Source of the DNA: Naegleria gruberi
Taxonomy: Eukaryota
Length of the DNA: 64,000 bases
Assembly (NCBI GenBank): GCA_000004985.1
Contig: GG738910.1
Reading direction: 5' to 3' (one strand)
The number at the start of each line of letters is the position of its first letter. Position 1 is the stretch's first letter. The notes beneath the pieces were generated by a model that saw only the letters and a list, made by a program, of their open reading frames with translations, was not told the origin of the DNA and searched no databases. The translations under genes were made by a program, and so were the position numbers. Of the stretch, positions 43,820 through 53,987 are shown one piece after another.

Positions 43820-44735
43820 ATGGCGGCAAGTCAAGAGAATTGTATTAGGAATTGTCGGACGAAAGGTTCATCATCATCTTCAGTGTGGATTAGTTTTCAT
43901 CAGGTCATCCTTTCATGTTTTTTAATTTTAGTGATGAGTAATTGTTGTTGTATTAATTTTACAAGAGCAGCAACAACACTAGTATCCATTCCGAAATGTA
44001 GTAATGCAACTGGAGGTGAAATTATTGTGGACGATATTAGTGAGTGTGTACAGTATGATCCGAATACACCTCTTGTTCCTTGTTTATTAGTGTATGTGCA
44101 ATTATTTAGAATTTAGTTTTGAATCATTACATTGAATTAATTTATTATTACTGAAAATTAAATAATTTAAATGTTGGATATTGATGATTTTGTGGAAATA
44201 TTACAGTCCTAATGAATTTAGAGTTTGTGATTTTCCATTGACATCTCCAAGTGCAAGTATTCCAACTTGTGCCTATGAAGAATTTATTGCACAGAATGGA
44301 GCTTTTCAAAATAATACCAAGTATGGATATGCTAATTGTACTGTTCTCGCTAGTATTGAATGTGTGGGACCAAGATCATGGCATCAACTATTTCCATGTA
44401 AAACGTATGTTATTTTGCTTTGAACAATATTCGAATGTTGGACAATTTACATTTTCATATTTTAATTAATAGTATTTATTCAAATTTCCAATTTGTGACA
44501 GCTTTGGTATTGTCTGTATTTGCTGGAATTTTTGGAGCTGATCGTTTCTATTTACAGCATATTGTTTTAGGGTGAGTTTTTACAATCTAATAGAATTTGT
44601 GTGGAATAACTTTATAGTGTTATTAAATTATTGACACTTGGAGGGGTTGGAGTTTGGTGGATTGTCGATATAGGTCTCCTAGTTGCAGGTATCATTGTTC
44701 CAGCCGATGGTAGTAGTTGGCAACAATATTATTAA
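43820..44735 (+). CDS. TM2 domain-containing protein, four exons: 43820..44091, 44207..44404, 44473..44571, 44618..44735
   Basis: Signal peptide and Cys-rich ectodomain. The spliced protein reads ...FVTALVLSVFAGIFGADRFYLQHIVLGVIKLLTLGGVGVWWIVDIGLLVAGIIVPADGSSWQQYY, which is the TM2-domain signature. Introns are 115, 68 and 46 nt (GTATGT/GTATGT/GTGAGT donors), all restoring phase. Confidence 0.75.
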
Positions 44736-44834
44736 TCATTTTGTACATACTATTGTATAATAATCTAGTTCCTAATTTATTTAATTTATCATTTTACAAA
44801 AAAAGAAACTTCCAAATAAAAACATCATCAAAGA

Positions 44835-45809
44835 ATGACTATATTACACCATCGTCATCAGCCTCACCCTAACCTCCCAACGAACAATAAGTATGATCAT
44901 CAATTATTCTTCACTTCATCATTTGGCAAATATCTCCTTCTTCTCACCTTATTCCTAATTTTCACATCAGCAGCTGCAGCAACCCTCAATTGTACCTATT
45001 CCCATTCAGATACTTCCGATTCTTCTTCCACCTCATCCAACATCTATGAATATTCATCATTGAGTCCTCCTGTGAAAGGAACTTGTCGAGGACCAATGCA
45101 TAGAACCATCTCTGCAATGAATGTAATTTCCAAGCTTAATCTCGGTTGTCCAAGAAATCAAATTCCCTACAGTAAGGAAGGAGTTTTGCAAATTCAATGT
45201 GGGGAGTGTATTCCTGGAACGAGTGGAACCAGTAACTTGTTGAATTCATTTCAATGTGCTGTCAATGAATATTGTACAGATGGTGGTAAATGTAAATTAA
45301 TTAAGGAGCATCCATTGTATGGAGCTGATTGTCCATTTGAGGTTTCTTCATCGATTGTTAGATCTGACACTGAGGGAATTGACACTTGGTGTGGAACTGG
45401 TTTGATTTGTGTTCAACATAAATGCGTCAGTTGTAGTGAGGGAGATGTTGATATGAACACTGGTGTGAAATGTATCTTGGGAGAGTGGACATATGCCTCA
45501 TGGATGGATTCCACCTTGGAGCCTTCTCCCTTATTACTTTTTGCATTATGTGGAATTACATTACTGTATGCTTTGGTCAATTGTAGTTGCAGAAGTGTGA
45601 AATTATTGAGCAAGGTTGTTGATGACTACAAAGAAGGAAAAGAACACGAATCTATTAGAAAATTAACTCAGGAATTTGTTTCAGCTCTCGAAAAGGTTCC
45701 AGAAAATTCCAATCAAGAACCAAATAATCATCAACAAGTATTATCGCCTCGAACAACTATTAAAGATGTTGAAATGGCAGATCTAACAAACAAGAAACGA
45801 AATAAATAA
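44835..45809 (+). CDS. type I membrane protein with Cys-rich extracellular domain and short cytoplasmic tail
   Basis: 324 aa. Signal-like LLLLTLFLIFTSAAAA. TM segment LLLFALCGITLLYALV near the C-terminus. Confidence 0.4.
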   Translation: MTILHHRHQPHPNLPTNNKYDHQLFFTSSFGKYLLLLTLFLIFTSAAAATLNCTYSHSDTSDSSSTSSNIYEYSSLSPPVKGTCRGPMHRTISAMNVISKLNLGCPRNQIPYSKEGVLQIQCGECIPGTSGTSNLLNSFQCAVNEYCTDGGKCKLIKEHPLYGADCPFEVSSSIVRSDTEGIDTWCGTGLICVQHKCVSCSEGDVDMNTGVKCILGEWTYASWMDSTLEPSPLLLFALCGITLLYALVNCSCRSVKLLSKVVDDYKEGKEHESIRKLTQEFVSALEKVPENSNQEPNNHQQVLSPRTTIKDVEMADLTNKKRNK

Positions 45810-45975
45810 TAATTTCAAATCTCGTTCTTCAGTATTTAGTTTATCAGTCTTGAATGGACTAAAAATCCATTCTTCCTTATCAAAATTAGCTTTTCTTTAA
45901 GTTCCCCATACCAATTTCAAAGGTCAACCATGATTTTCATCATCACAAATAAAAATTTTTTAAAAAATTAAAAAA

Positions 45976-47058
45976 ATGCAAAATCATGTCCTGATGGGAA
46001 AGAGGACGAGTTGTGCTCGTGTGGCTGTGTACGTGCTGATGGCAATGATGGGTGCTGTTTTTCTGATCATGCTCCAGTTTATGTTGAAGGAGAGGAGCGA
46101 TAAGATGAGATCGTCTTCGGATGAAGAAAATATAATAATCAATAATGATCGAGCAATGATTATGACTACTCAGCAACAACAACAAGAAATTAAACAAGAT
46201 AAACAACAATCTATTTCGGAAAGATCGGCAACAAGTAATGGTAGAAGATCAAGATCAACTTCTTCATCATCATTAAATTCCGAATACGAATATTGGCTAC
46301 GAAATTATATTATTAAATCAGATCCACACTTGTTAGCTTGTCATAATGATATTGGATTTGGATTGATTGAGAGATGGAGAAAGTCTGAACGAGTAATTTG
46401 TGGAGATGAGAAAAATACACAAAATAGCAGAGTTTACATGTACAGAATTCAACAAACCAGACATACTGCACAGGATAATTTTGTGAGGATTAGGAATTTT
46501 GTTACTCTGACTGATGGATTTTTCTCAAATGGATTTACACAGGGCTGGTTTACCTCTGGATGTTCAATGAAAGTGGACAATTTGAAGAGTAGAGAGGGAC
46601 ATAATTTATTCCAAATGCATTTGGATAAGTGGATGGGTCAATATCAAGGAGAGAGGGCTTGTTCAAAGAAAATTAATAGGAGAGTTGTCTTTTTGCAAAG
46701 AGATGGTGAATATAACTTGTTCCACTCAATGACTGATTTCTCATCCTTGTTTGTGAATTATCTCATGATGATTTTTAAGAGAATTGAAGAGGAAGGAATT
46801 GAAGTAACTGATACTATGGAATTATTGGATGAATATGTGCAAGGTACTGATGTGGTCTATTTGGATGGTTATCAAATGGGACCATACATGCCAATTCTGC
46901 AAGCCTTTGGATCTGTATTTTCATACAGTGAATATACTCAACATTTAAAGAAGGAATATGAAGTCAAAGATAAGGATTCTATCTGCTTTGATGAAGTTTT
47001 ATTTGCCACTCCTGGTGGATCTAATTTCCTATTCAAGGACGCATGGAGACCAAAGTAA
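45976..47058 (+). CDS. GT61/DUF563 (EOGT-like) glycosyltransferase paralog, C-terminally truncated relative to 53988..55649 (no HGAGLTH motif)
   Basis: VFLQRDGEYNLFHSMTDFSSLFVNYLMM aligns to IFVSREQDEHVNMFHAMSDFFATHVVIEMF of the downstream paralog. N-terminal signal-anchor. GTAAGT directly after the last sense codon. No in-phase acceptor reconstructs the catalytic C-terminus before the next gene. Confidence 0.45.
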   Translation: MQNHVLMGKRTSCARVAVYVLMAMMGAVFLIMLQFMLKERSDKMRSSSDEENIIINNDRAMIMTTQQQQQEIKQDKQQSISERSATSNGRRSRSTSSSSLNSEYEYWLRNYIIKSDPHLLACHNDIGFGLIERWRKSERVICGDEKNTQNSRVYMYRIQQTRHTAQDNFVRIRNFVTLTDGFFSNGFTQGWFTSGCSMKVDNLKSREGHNLFQMHLDKWMGQYQGERACSKKINRRVVFLQRDGEYNLFHSMTDFSSLFVNYLMMIFKRIEEEGIEVTDTMELLDEYVQGTDVVYLDGYQMGPYMPILQAFGSVFSYSEYTQHLKKEYEVKDKDSICFDEVLFATPGGSNFLFKDAWRPK

Positions 47059-47403
47059 GTATTTCTCTTCTACAAGCTGTCTCACCACACATACTAGCCA
47101 ATGTAAGGATTCTGAAGTTTTGAAAGTCTTCTCCAGGTTTATTACCAAGAGACCAGAACGAGAAGCAGGAAAACGTTGTAGATAGAGAATCACATTGGAC
47201 TAAGATTGATCCAAATGATTTTGTTCAAATGGTGAGGTCTGCTGTATTGATAGCAGAAACATTCCACTTAGGTCCTGGTGTTACTGCCACCAAATTCGAT
47301 GTTGTGAATGAACATCATCGTATGTAGAAGATAAAGAGTTGTGTTATTAAATATGATACAAATTTTACTTCAGATTTGAATTGATTCAATGATCTCCAAA
47401 TAC

Positions 47404-48747
47404 TTACAAAGTTGGACGTCCCATAAAAGTCATCCAAGAATTAATGACATCTATGCTTGTTAAATCTGCTCTATTCATTAAACCGGCTAGTTCTGGATGT
47501 TGATTAAGAGCCTCTTCACTCTGATTTTGACATTCATTAATCTCCTGAATGAATGCCTTCTTGAAAGGTTCGGGTTTTTTGAGTTTATGACTCAAAGGAA
47601 ATACAGTTTCTTTCAATGTTTTCCACATTGTATAGGCATCCTCAGGAGAGTAGGTGGATTTGGAAAGTTTGAAATGATTATGAGATAGCGCCTCCTTATC
47701 CTCACTCCATTGAATATAATTATCAGACCCTTTCCAGTTGGATAGTATTTCACAAATTTGACTTTTTAATCCACCATTCCTCAATTGTTCTACTTCTTTG
47801 TGAACACGTTCACAAAGTGCTCTGAATAATAAATTCCAAGAAGAGGATTCATGTATAGAATTCAAAATAGAGACCATATCTGCTGCTGAATAACTAAACC
47901 TTATTGAATTCAGCATCTCATTACAAGCACTGAAAATAACTGCATCACATTCGAATATCGTTGCTATTTGGGCTACCTTATAAAAATGTATGAGTGATTG
48001 CTCTGGGCATCTATTGGTGTACATTAAATCTAAAAAACTCTTTACATGTGCTTCAGTAATAGATAATGAACTTCCAAGCACAATTTGATTCTTTTTTGGA
48101 CTCTTATCGAAATACTTTTTGAAATAGTTACAAAAAATTGAAAGAAACATTTTGTGAGCTGGCAATGAGCCTTCCTTCCCAGTTGAAGTATCTTTAAATT
48201 TGATTGTAATATCAAAATCCTTCTTTTTCTTGTACAATTCCTCAAAATGTTTGAAGAGTGATGAATTTCTTTCCTTCTTTGAAAATTCTGCTGTTTTAGT
48301 GCTAAATACATACGCTACATTATCAAACACAGGTTTCTTGTGGGTAAAATCAAAAAACAGTGGTCCATTATATGGAGTAATGATTGCATGTCCAGGATCA
48401 GATATTTCATCAAGAATCTCTGCTGCATTCGCCTTACTATAGGCTGAAACCAATGAAAAATCACCATTTGGCCATCTGCAAACATATAAAGAAACTGGTT
48501 TTCCAATCGAATCATCTCCAAAACCTTCTTCATCTTCATCTCCAAACTCATCAGCATCATCTTCATCTTCGGAATCAATATCAAAATCTTCTTCATCTTC
48601 CTCTGCTATTTTTCTTTTCTTAGCCTCTTGTTCTTCATTATTTGTTTTTGTTACTTGTTGTGGTTGATCATCTTCATCTTCGTCATCACTCGATAAAACG
48701 AGCGTTTCTTGTTTTTGGGAAATAACAGGTTTTCTCTTTGGCGCCAT
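47404..48747 (-). CDS. BTB/POZ domain-containing protein with acidic N-terminus
   Basis: 447 aa. BTB-like block ITIKFKDTSTGKEGSLPAHKMFLSIFCNYFKKYF...SFLDLMYT. The start codon is embedded in TTTGGCGCCAT. Confidence 0.5.
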   Translation of the reverse strand: MAPKRKPVISQKQETLVLSSDDEDEDDQPQQVTKTNNEEQEAKKRKIAEEDEEDFDIDSEDEDDADEFGDEDEEGFGDDSIGKPVSLYVCRWPNGDFSLVSAYSKANAAEILDEISDPGHAIITPYNGPLFFDFTHKKPVFDNVAYVFSTKTAEFSKKERNSSLFKHFEELYKKKKDFDITIKFKDTSTGKEGSLPAHKMFLSIFCNYFKKYFDKSPKKNQIVLGSSLSITEAHVKSFLDLMYTNRCPEQSLIHFYKVAQIATIFECDAVIFSACNEMLNSIRFSYSAADMVSILNSIHESSSWNLLFRALCERVHKEVEQLRNGGLKSQICEILSNWKGSDNYIQWSEDKEALSHNHFKLSKSTYSPEDAYTMWKTLKETVFPLSHKLKKPEPFKKAFIQEINECQNQSEEALNQHPELAGLMNRADLTSIDVINSWMTFMGRPTL

Positions 48748-49304
48748 TTTTTTGTTGTGTTTGTTTTAAAAAGTGTTGGCGGCAAAAAAAGGCTGTTGAT
48801 TCAATTATGGTTATTTTCTAAGCTTGAAACAGTTCGAGTGTGTGCTGGATTATACTAGAATGCACAGACAGACATGGTTGAAGAATGAATTCATCAAATA
48901 TTGTGCTCGCTTTAATTTTGACCAATTAAAGATTAAGGATAATGCCCGAATTATCCAATAGAAACAGCTCAAAATGACCATAAATAATATGAAATTGTTG
49001 GGTTGTGTCCATTCTATTGATTTTCTATTATCACAAAATGATCATTGAGTAATATTATTATAAAAACAACATAAATTGTTGCCTCACTTTCTACCAGCAA
49101 CAAATATTGAGAATCAAACACATTGCTTATTTTGGCCAAGTTGAACAAATTGAGGTAGTACGCACACTAACCTTTCATAAATCACTTTGAAAAACAACAA
49201 CAAGAATCAATTCCATCGCATCACATCAAGATTTTCAAAATTGTTCCCTACAAAATCAATATTGAGAGTGGTGAAATTCCAAGTTAAAAAACAACAAGTA
49301 ATTC

Positions 49305-52300
49305 ATGAGAGCTTCATCTTCGGGTGACGATTCATCCTCCACTTCGAATCTTGTTGCTCATCATTATCAGCAAAATTCCAATCATCATCATCAGCGGCCC
49401 AGTTTAATTGATCATATTTTGATGAATAATAATCAGACAAATAATAATAATTATTATCAGCAAGATAGGGAATTGGAAGAAGTTTCAACAAGTGTTGTGC
49501 AACATTATAATAATAATGGTGATTTAAATTTTCCAATTTCTTCTTCTACATCGTCGTCTTCATCCACCAATACAACAAATAATAGTCCTAATCATACTCC
49601 TTCTCCATCAACAACAAATCAACAACATATAATTAGTAATAATAGTATAATTAATTGTGAAGAAGATGAAGAATACTTTAATCGAACAACAACAAATAAT
49701 AATCAAAGTAGTAATACGAGTCATAATAATATCATACCAACTAATATTCATACAACATCATCCTCAGCCCATCTGGTGGGCGAAATTAATGTACATAACA
49801 ATAATAATAATTTAACGTCTCCTGCTGATGATCAATCAACTGATGAAGGAATCTTCCAAAAAACCAAGAGAAAGGGAGAGAACATTTTGGAAACTATTCT
49901 TAGATACTTTTGCTGTGTTTCTCACTTTTCGAGGAATAATACACAACTACTCGAATCACACAATGTTTCGAGTAGTGATTATGGAGCACATAGTTCTGCT
50001 TTCATTAAAGTATTGAAAAAGAATGATCATATTAATATAGTGAACGAGTCGAATGTTTCATCGAGGAGGAGAAGTCGTTTATCACAAGAGGCTGTCAAGA
50101 AGATTAAAAAGAAAAAGAGAATTAGACTGATGAGTGATATTGATGAGGATAGTGATAACGAGGATCAAATTATTGAGAGTGAATATTCATTTTGGATATG
50201 GTTGAAATGTTTCTTTGGAAATTTGACATTCATGTGTCATCCTCCAAAGTGTTGCACCATTTTGAATATTTTAATTATTTTGTTTATTGTTCAAGGAATT
50301 TTTGGAATTATTTCTTCCTTTATTTTACTTTATTCGAGTGGTGAGAGTGTTTTGAAACAAACAGAATCGATCCAACAAATTCAAATCAAAACCTATTCCA
50401 AGAATGAAATTTTAAAGATTGTGGACTATACAAATCTTGCGGTAGAGACAATCAAGTTTGAGATGGCCGAATCTGATTTTAATATTAACAACCAATTACA
50501 TTGGACTAAACTTTTTAATTATGTGGCTAGTATTTATGGGAATAGTATACCAATAGATGGCATATTTTATGGTAAATCGGATAATTTCTATGTAGGATAT
50601 AATAGAAACGTTCAACACACGATAAGAAATGGTACAGCTGGTAAATCCCAATGTCAATACTTTTATCGTGCTCATCTCGACACTATCATAACTGATGATT
50701 CTTACTATTATGAAAACTTTGACTATGTTGCTTGTAATTTGTCAGTTTCGAACACAAAGAGACCTTGGTACTTGCCATATACAAAAGAATCTGATGCATC
50801 AAATTCTATCAAGTGGGCCCCTGTATTCAAATCAATTTATGGAGACCAAAGTATTGCTGTGACAATACCAATCTATGTTAATCAGACAATTTCACAAGCA
50901 CTCAATCAGACAACGCTCAGATACATTCCTGTTGATACTGCTCCTTCATCAATTAAGGTTCCATCTCGCCTATATGGTGTTGTTGGATTTCAATTACAAT
51001 CTAGAGCTTTAGGTGAGCTATTGAAAAATAGCTCTGGTTCATTTGGAGAGGTTGATATGGTATTTATTACGAATCCAGATGGTGATTTAATAGCAGTCAA
51101 TGCTCAATCTGGTTCAGATTACTTTCTGTTTGCCAAATATATCATACAGGATTATAGTGAAAGAGGAGTGTTGCACACTCTCAATACCACTACTTGCCAG
51201 ATAACCAATGGAGTATTATGTTCTCTTTCTTTGGAAAAGAAATCATATTCTTTTGAAGGTGAGGCATATTCTGTTGAGCTTTTATTTGCTACAGATTTGT
51301 ATAGTCTTGGATGGGGAGTGGCAATAGCTTCGAAAGTGAAATCATTTGCAGATGAAGTAGTGACAGGCGGTGTCACTTCTGTAGTTGTATTCGTTATTGT
51401 TTTTATATTTGGTATGATTATACTCTTCTTTACCCTCAAAGCAATTAGTAATCCAATACAACAATTGTCAATAGACATGCTCAAATTGACCAACTTGAAA
51501 GATAACAAGTCAAAGGAACAGACTTTAAGTATTTTCAGTGATATCAGAGAAATGCAAATTCACATCAAGGCAATGAAAAAAGGTCTAATTACATTTTCCA
51601 AGTATGTACCTGAGATTGTTGTAGAAAAGGTAATGATCAAACAAGACTATTCCTATGGAGAGGCTGGATTAACAACACAGAACATGTCAGTATTATGTTG
51701 TGAGCTCAATCCATCCGAAATATTTAGGGAAATGAAACCTTCCGACCTGTTAGACTTGCTCAATGATTACTTTGTGCTTGTTTGCAATGCAACTCACAAT
51801 CATGGAGGATTAGTTGACAAGTTTAACACTAATGCATTGGTTTGTTATTTTAACGAGTCAACATTCCCTGTCTTGAATCATGAACAAAATGCTTGCAGTG
51901 CTGCTTTGGAAATTGTCAATCAGATAAGCGAATTAATTGAAAAGCACTCAAAGAAAACCTCCTCCAAAATATCCATCAAGGTTTCAGTCAATAGTGGAGA
52001 CATTATTTGTGGGCTATTAGGATCTAATACTAGAATGAATTTCTCCATGATTGGAAAAAATTATGACATGGCAATTAACATGCTACAAATGAATAACCAT
52101 TACAAAACCAAGGTACTTATTGGTCAAAACACCTTACGTAAGGTGAGGGAGAACTTTATTTGCTACTTTGTAGACAGTTTGGAGACTGAAAAGATTTCAA
52201 TGCCATGTTCAACATTTAAATGTACATCAAGTGGGGATTTATCAAAATATGATGAAGAGGATAATAATGGCATTTGTAATGTTTATGAATTGATTTGTCA

Positions 52301-52490
52301 TAAGGACGAAGCGACAGAACTCCACAAAAAGATTCAATCTGATTTATACCAAATCGAGTCTTTCTTAGCGAACCAACAGTATCACTATCTGTACGACAAG
52401 TGCCTCTGCGTACTATCCTTAGAAGATCTTCAGAGTGTTGAATATTTAAAATCCAAATATAAAGCCGAATTGAATCGACAGATCCTTTAA
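49305..52490 (+). CDS. receptor-like protein: low-complexity cytosolic N-terminus, TM, extracellular Cache-like sensor domain, TM, HAMP-like linker, class III nucleotidyl cyclase homology domain with degenerate metal-binding residues
   Basis: 1061 aa. TM1 CTILNILIILFIVQGIFGIISSFILLY and TM2 VTSVVVFVIVFIFGMIILFF. Cyclase homology block ISIKVSVNSGDIICGLLGSNTRMNFSMIGKNYDMAINMLQ. The FxDIxGFT and TIGD positions read CCELNPSE and FNTNA. Confidence 0.6.
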   Translation: MRASSSGDDSSSTSNLVAHHYQQNSNHHHQRPSLIDHILMNNNQTNNNNYYQQDRELEEVSTSVVQHYNNNGDLNFPISSSTSSSSSTNTTNNSPNHTPSPSTTNQQHIISNNSIINCEEDEEYFNRTTTNNNQSSNTSHNNIIPTNIHTTSSSAHLVGEINVHNNNNNLTSPADDQSTDEGIFQKTKRKGENILETILRYFCCVSHFSRNNTQLLESHNVSSSDYGAHSSAFIKVLKKNDHINIVNESNVSSRRRSRLSQEAVKKIKKKKRIRLMSDIDEDSDNEDQIIESEYSFWIWLKCFFGNLTFMCHPPKCCTILNILIILFIVQGIFGIISSFILLYSSGESVLKQTESIQQIQIKTYSKNEILKIVDYTNLAVETIKFEMAESDFNINNQLHWTKLFNYVASIYGNSIPIDGIFYGKSDNFYVGYNRNVQHTIRNGTAGKSQCQYFYRAHLDTIITDDSYYYENFDYVACNLSVSNTKRPWYLPYTKESDASNSIKWAPVFKSIYGDQSIAVTIPIYVNQTISQALNQTTLRYIPVDTAPSSIKVPSRLYGVVGFQLQSRALGELLKNSSGSFGEVDMVFITNPDGDLIAVNAQSGSDYFLFAKYIIQDYSERGVLHTLNTTTCQITNGVLCSLSLEKKSYSFEGEAYSVELLFATDLYSLGWGVAIASKVKSFADEVVTGGVTSVVVFVIVFIFGMIILFFTLKAISNPIQQLSIDMLKLTNLKDNKSKEQTLSIFSDIREMQIHIKAMKKGLITFSKYVPEIVVEKVMIKQDYSYGEAGLTTQNMSVLCCELNPSEIFREMKPSDLLDLLNDYFVLVCNATHNHGGLVDKFNTNALVCYFNESTFPVLNHEQNACSAALEIVNQISELIEKHSKKTSSKISIKVSVNSGDIICGLLGSNTRMNFSMIGKNYDMAINMLQMNNHYKTKVLIGQNTLRKVRENFICYFVDSLETEKISMPCSTFKCTSSGDLSKYDEEDNNGICNVYELICHKDEATELHKKIQSDLYQIESFLANQQYHYLYDKCLCVLSLEDLQSVEYLKSKYKAELNRQIL

Positions 52491-52922
52491 CTGTGGATTC
52501 AAAATTTCCTCAAAAAGACAATTTTCATTCTTGCTCCTTTAAATAATAGTAGTATTAGTTGTTCCTTAGTTCTGACATTGTGTGAATCAAAGCCGCTTAG
52601 TTCTTCCAAACAATTCAATGAGAGTTGATTAGCATCAAACCGGTTCGGGCTATTAAGGAACCATTTTGTGAAAAAGGATCTGTGAGCAATAAATTCAATA
52701 TCAAAAATAGAGTGGTGCATCCAGAAAAGTCTAGTCCTTAGTTCTTCAGTTCTACTCCTCCTCACTCGTTAACACCTCAAGAGTTTAAGCCAAATCGAAG
52801 CACTCTAAAAAACATTAAGAAAAAAACATTAACACAAAAATATTAAGCAGGTGCACACAAAGTACTTTTTTAACGGTTAAGGGTAACTCTCCTCTTTATA
52901 AGAATAATTGAATAAGAGAAAC

Positions 52923-53933
52923 ATGGGATCAGCACCATCAACAACATTTATTTCCTCATTTGCTGGTAATTCACTAGTGATGGATAAACAATCCATGATG
53001 GTGAGACAATTACTATTGGGTAACGATTCTAAGAAAGGTGATGTAGATGTTTCAAACCGATCGAAGACTTACTCCTTACCTAGTCATCATTCGAGTAGTG
53101 GAAGCAGTATTACACATGCCTCCAAGAGTCATGAATCTTCTCCAGTTGAGCTTTGTGAACATCATGCACCATTGCGATCAATCTCACCTACAAGAAGAAG
53201 AGCAAGTGAAAATGGTTCAATAGGAAGCAGTATTAGCTCTCTGAGTGACTCTATGGATATAAGTAAGGGAAGAGTCAAATCAATTCAATCGAATGGTGTA
53301 TTGCACTCTTATGAGTTTTGGAGTAATGAATCAATAGATTTTGAAAATTGCAGACAAGAAACTGAAATGCAAAACATCCAGATGGAAATCAAAATGAAAT
53401 CTCCAAAGCATTCAGAAAAGCATGATTCAGATTCTCTTCATCACAACCCAGAACATAAGAAAAAGAAGAAGTACAATGGATGGGTTGAAGAACCTCTCAG
53501 TCAATCGATGCATCATTCACCATCCCACCATCACTCAACTCATCACTCCAACAATCATCATTCCACAAACCACCATCACTCAACTCACCACCATCACGCC
53601 AGCAGACATGAACATCATCATTCAAATCATTCAGCTCACTCAACTACCACCTCCAAACCAAGTTCTGTTCTTTCTCCTATTACAACTCGTCATTCTCATG
53701 ATTCAAGCATTCTTGCAACTAATTCCAAACTAAGTCCACTGCATCACGAAGCACCTAATTTCAACAGTGCAATCCAACAACCATCTGTCCAACACAATGC
53801 TTTCAATCTTCCTCTCATTCCTTTCCATTTAAATTTATCAGCTTCTTGGGATCGTCAAAAAGCCATCGAGTTATATGAAAAATCAATGAAACAACATCAT
53901 GATTCTAAATCAACTCACGAATTTGGCTCATAG
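52923..53933 (+). CDS. histidine/serine-rich low-complexity protein with N-terminal MGSAPS myristoylation consensus
   Basis: HHSTHHSNNHHSTNHHHSTHHHHASRHEHHHSNHSAHS tract. The ATG at 52923 is the first Met; the ORF track starts at an alternative codon at 52908. Confidence 0.4.
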   Translation: MGSAPSTTFISSFAGNSLVMDKQSMMVRQLLLGNDSKKGDVDVSNRSKTYSLPSHHSSSGSSITHASKSHESSPVELCEHHAPLRSISPTRRRASENGSIGSSISSLSDSMDISKGRVKSIQSNGVLHSYEFWSNESIDFENCRQETEMQNIQMEIKMKSPKHSEKHDSDSLHHNPEHKKKKKYNGWVEEPLSQSMHHSPSHHHSTHHSNNHHSTNHHHSTHHHHASRHEHHHSNHSAHSTTTSKPSSVLSPITTRHSHDSSILATNSKLSPLHHEAPNFNSAIQQPSVQHNAFNLPLIPFHLNLSASWDRQKAIELYEKSMKQHHDSKSTHEFGS

Positions 53934-53987
53934 GATTGGACCGAAAATGTTGCTCTTTGTCATCAATAAAGGTCTAATAAAGAAAAA

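Noticed and set aside
46958-47340. possible downstream exon of the truncated GT61 paralog (frame encoding ...SPGLLPRDQNEKQENVVDRESHWTKIDPNDFVQMV...)
   Set aside because: No acceptor gives the correct phase after the GTAAGT at 47059. Similarity to the paralog is weak, and there is no HGAGL motif.
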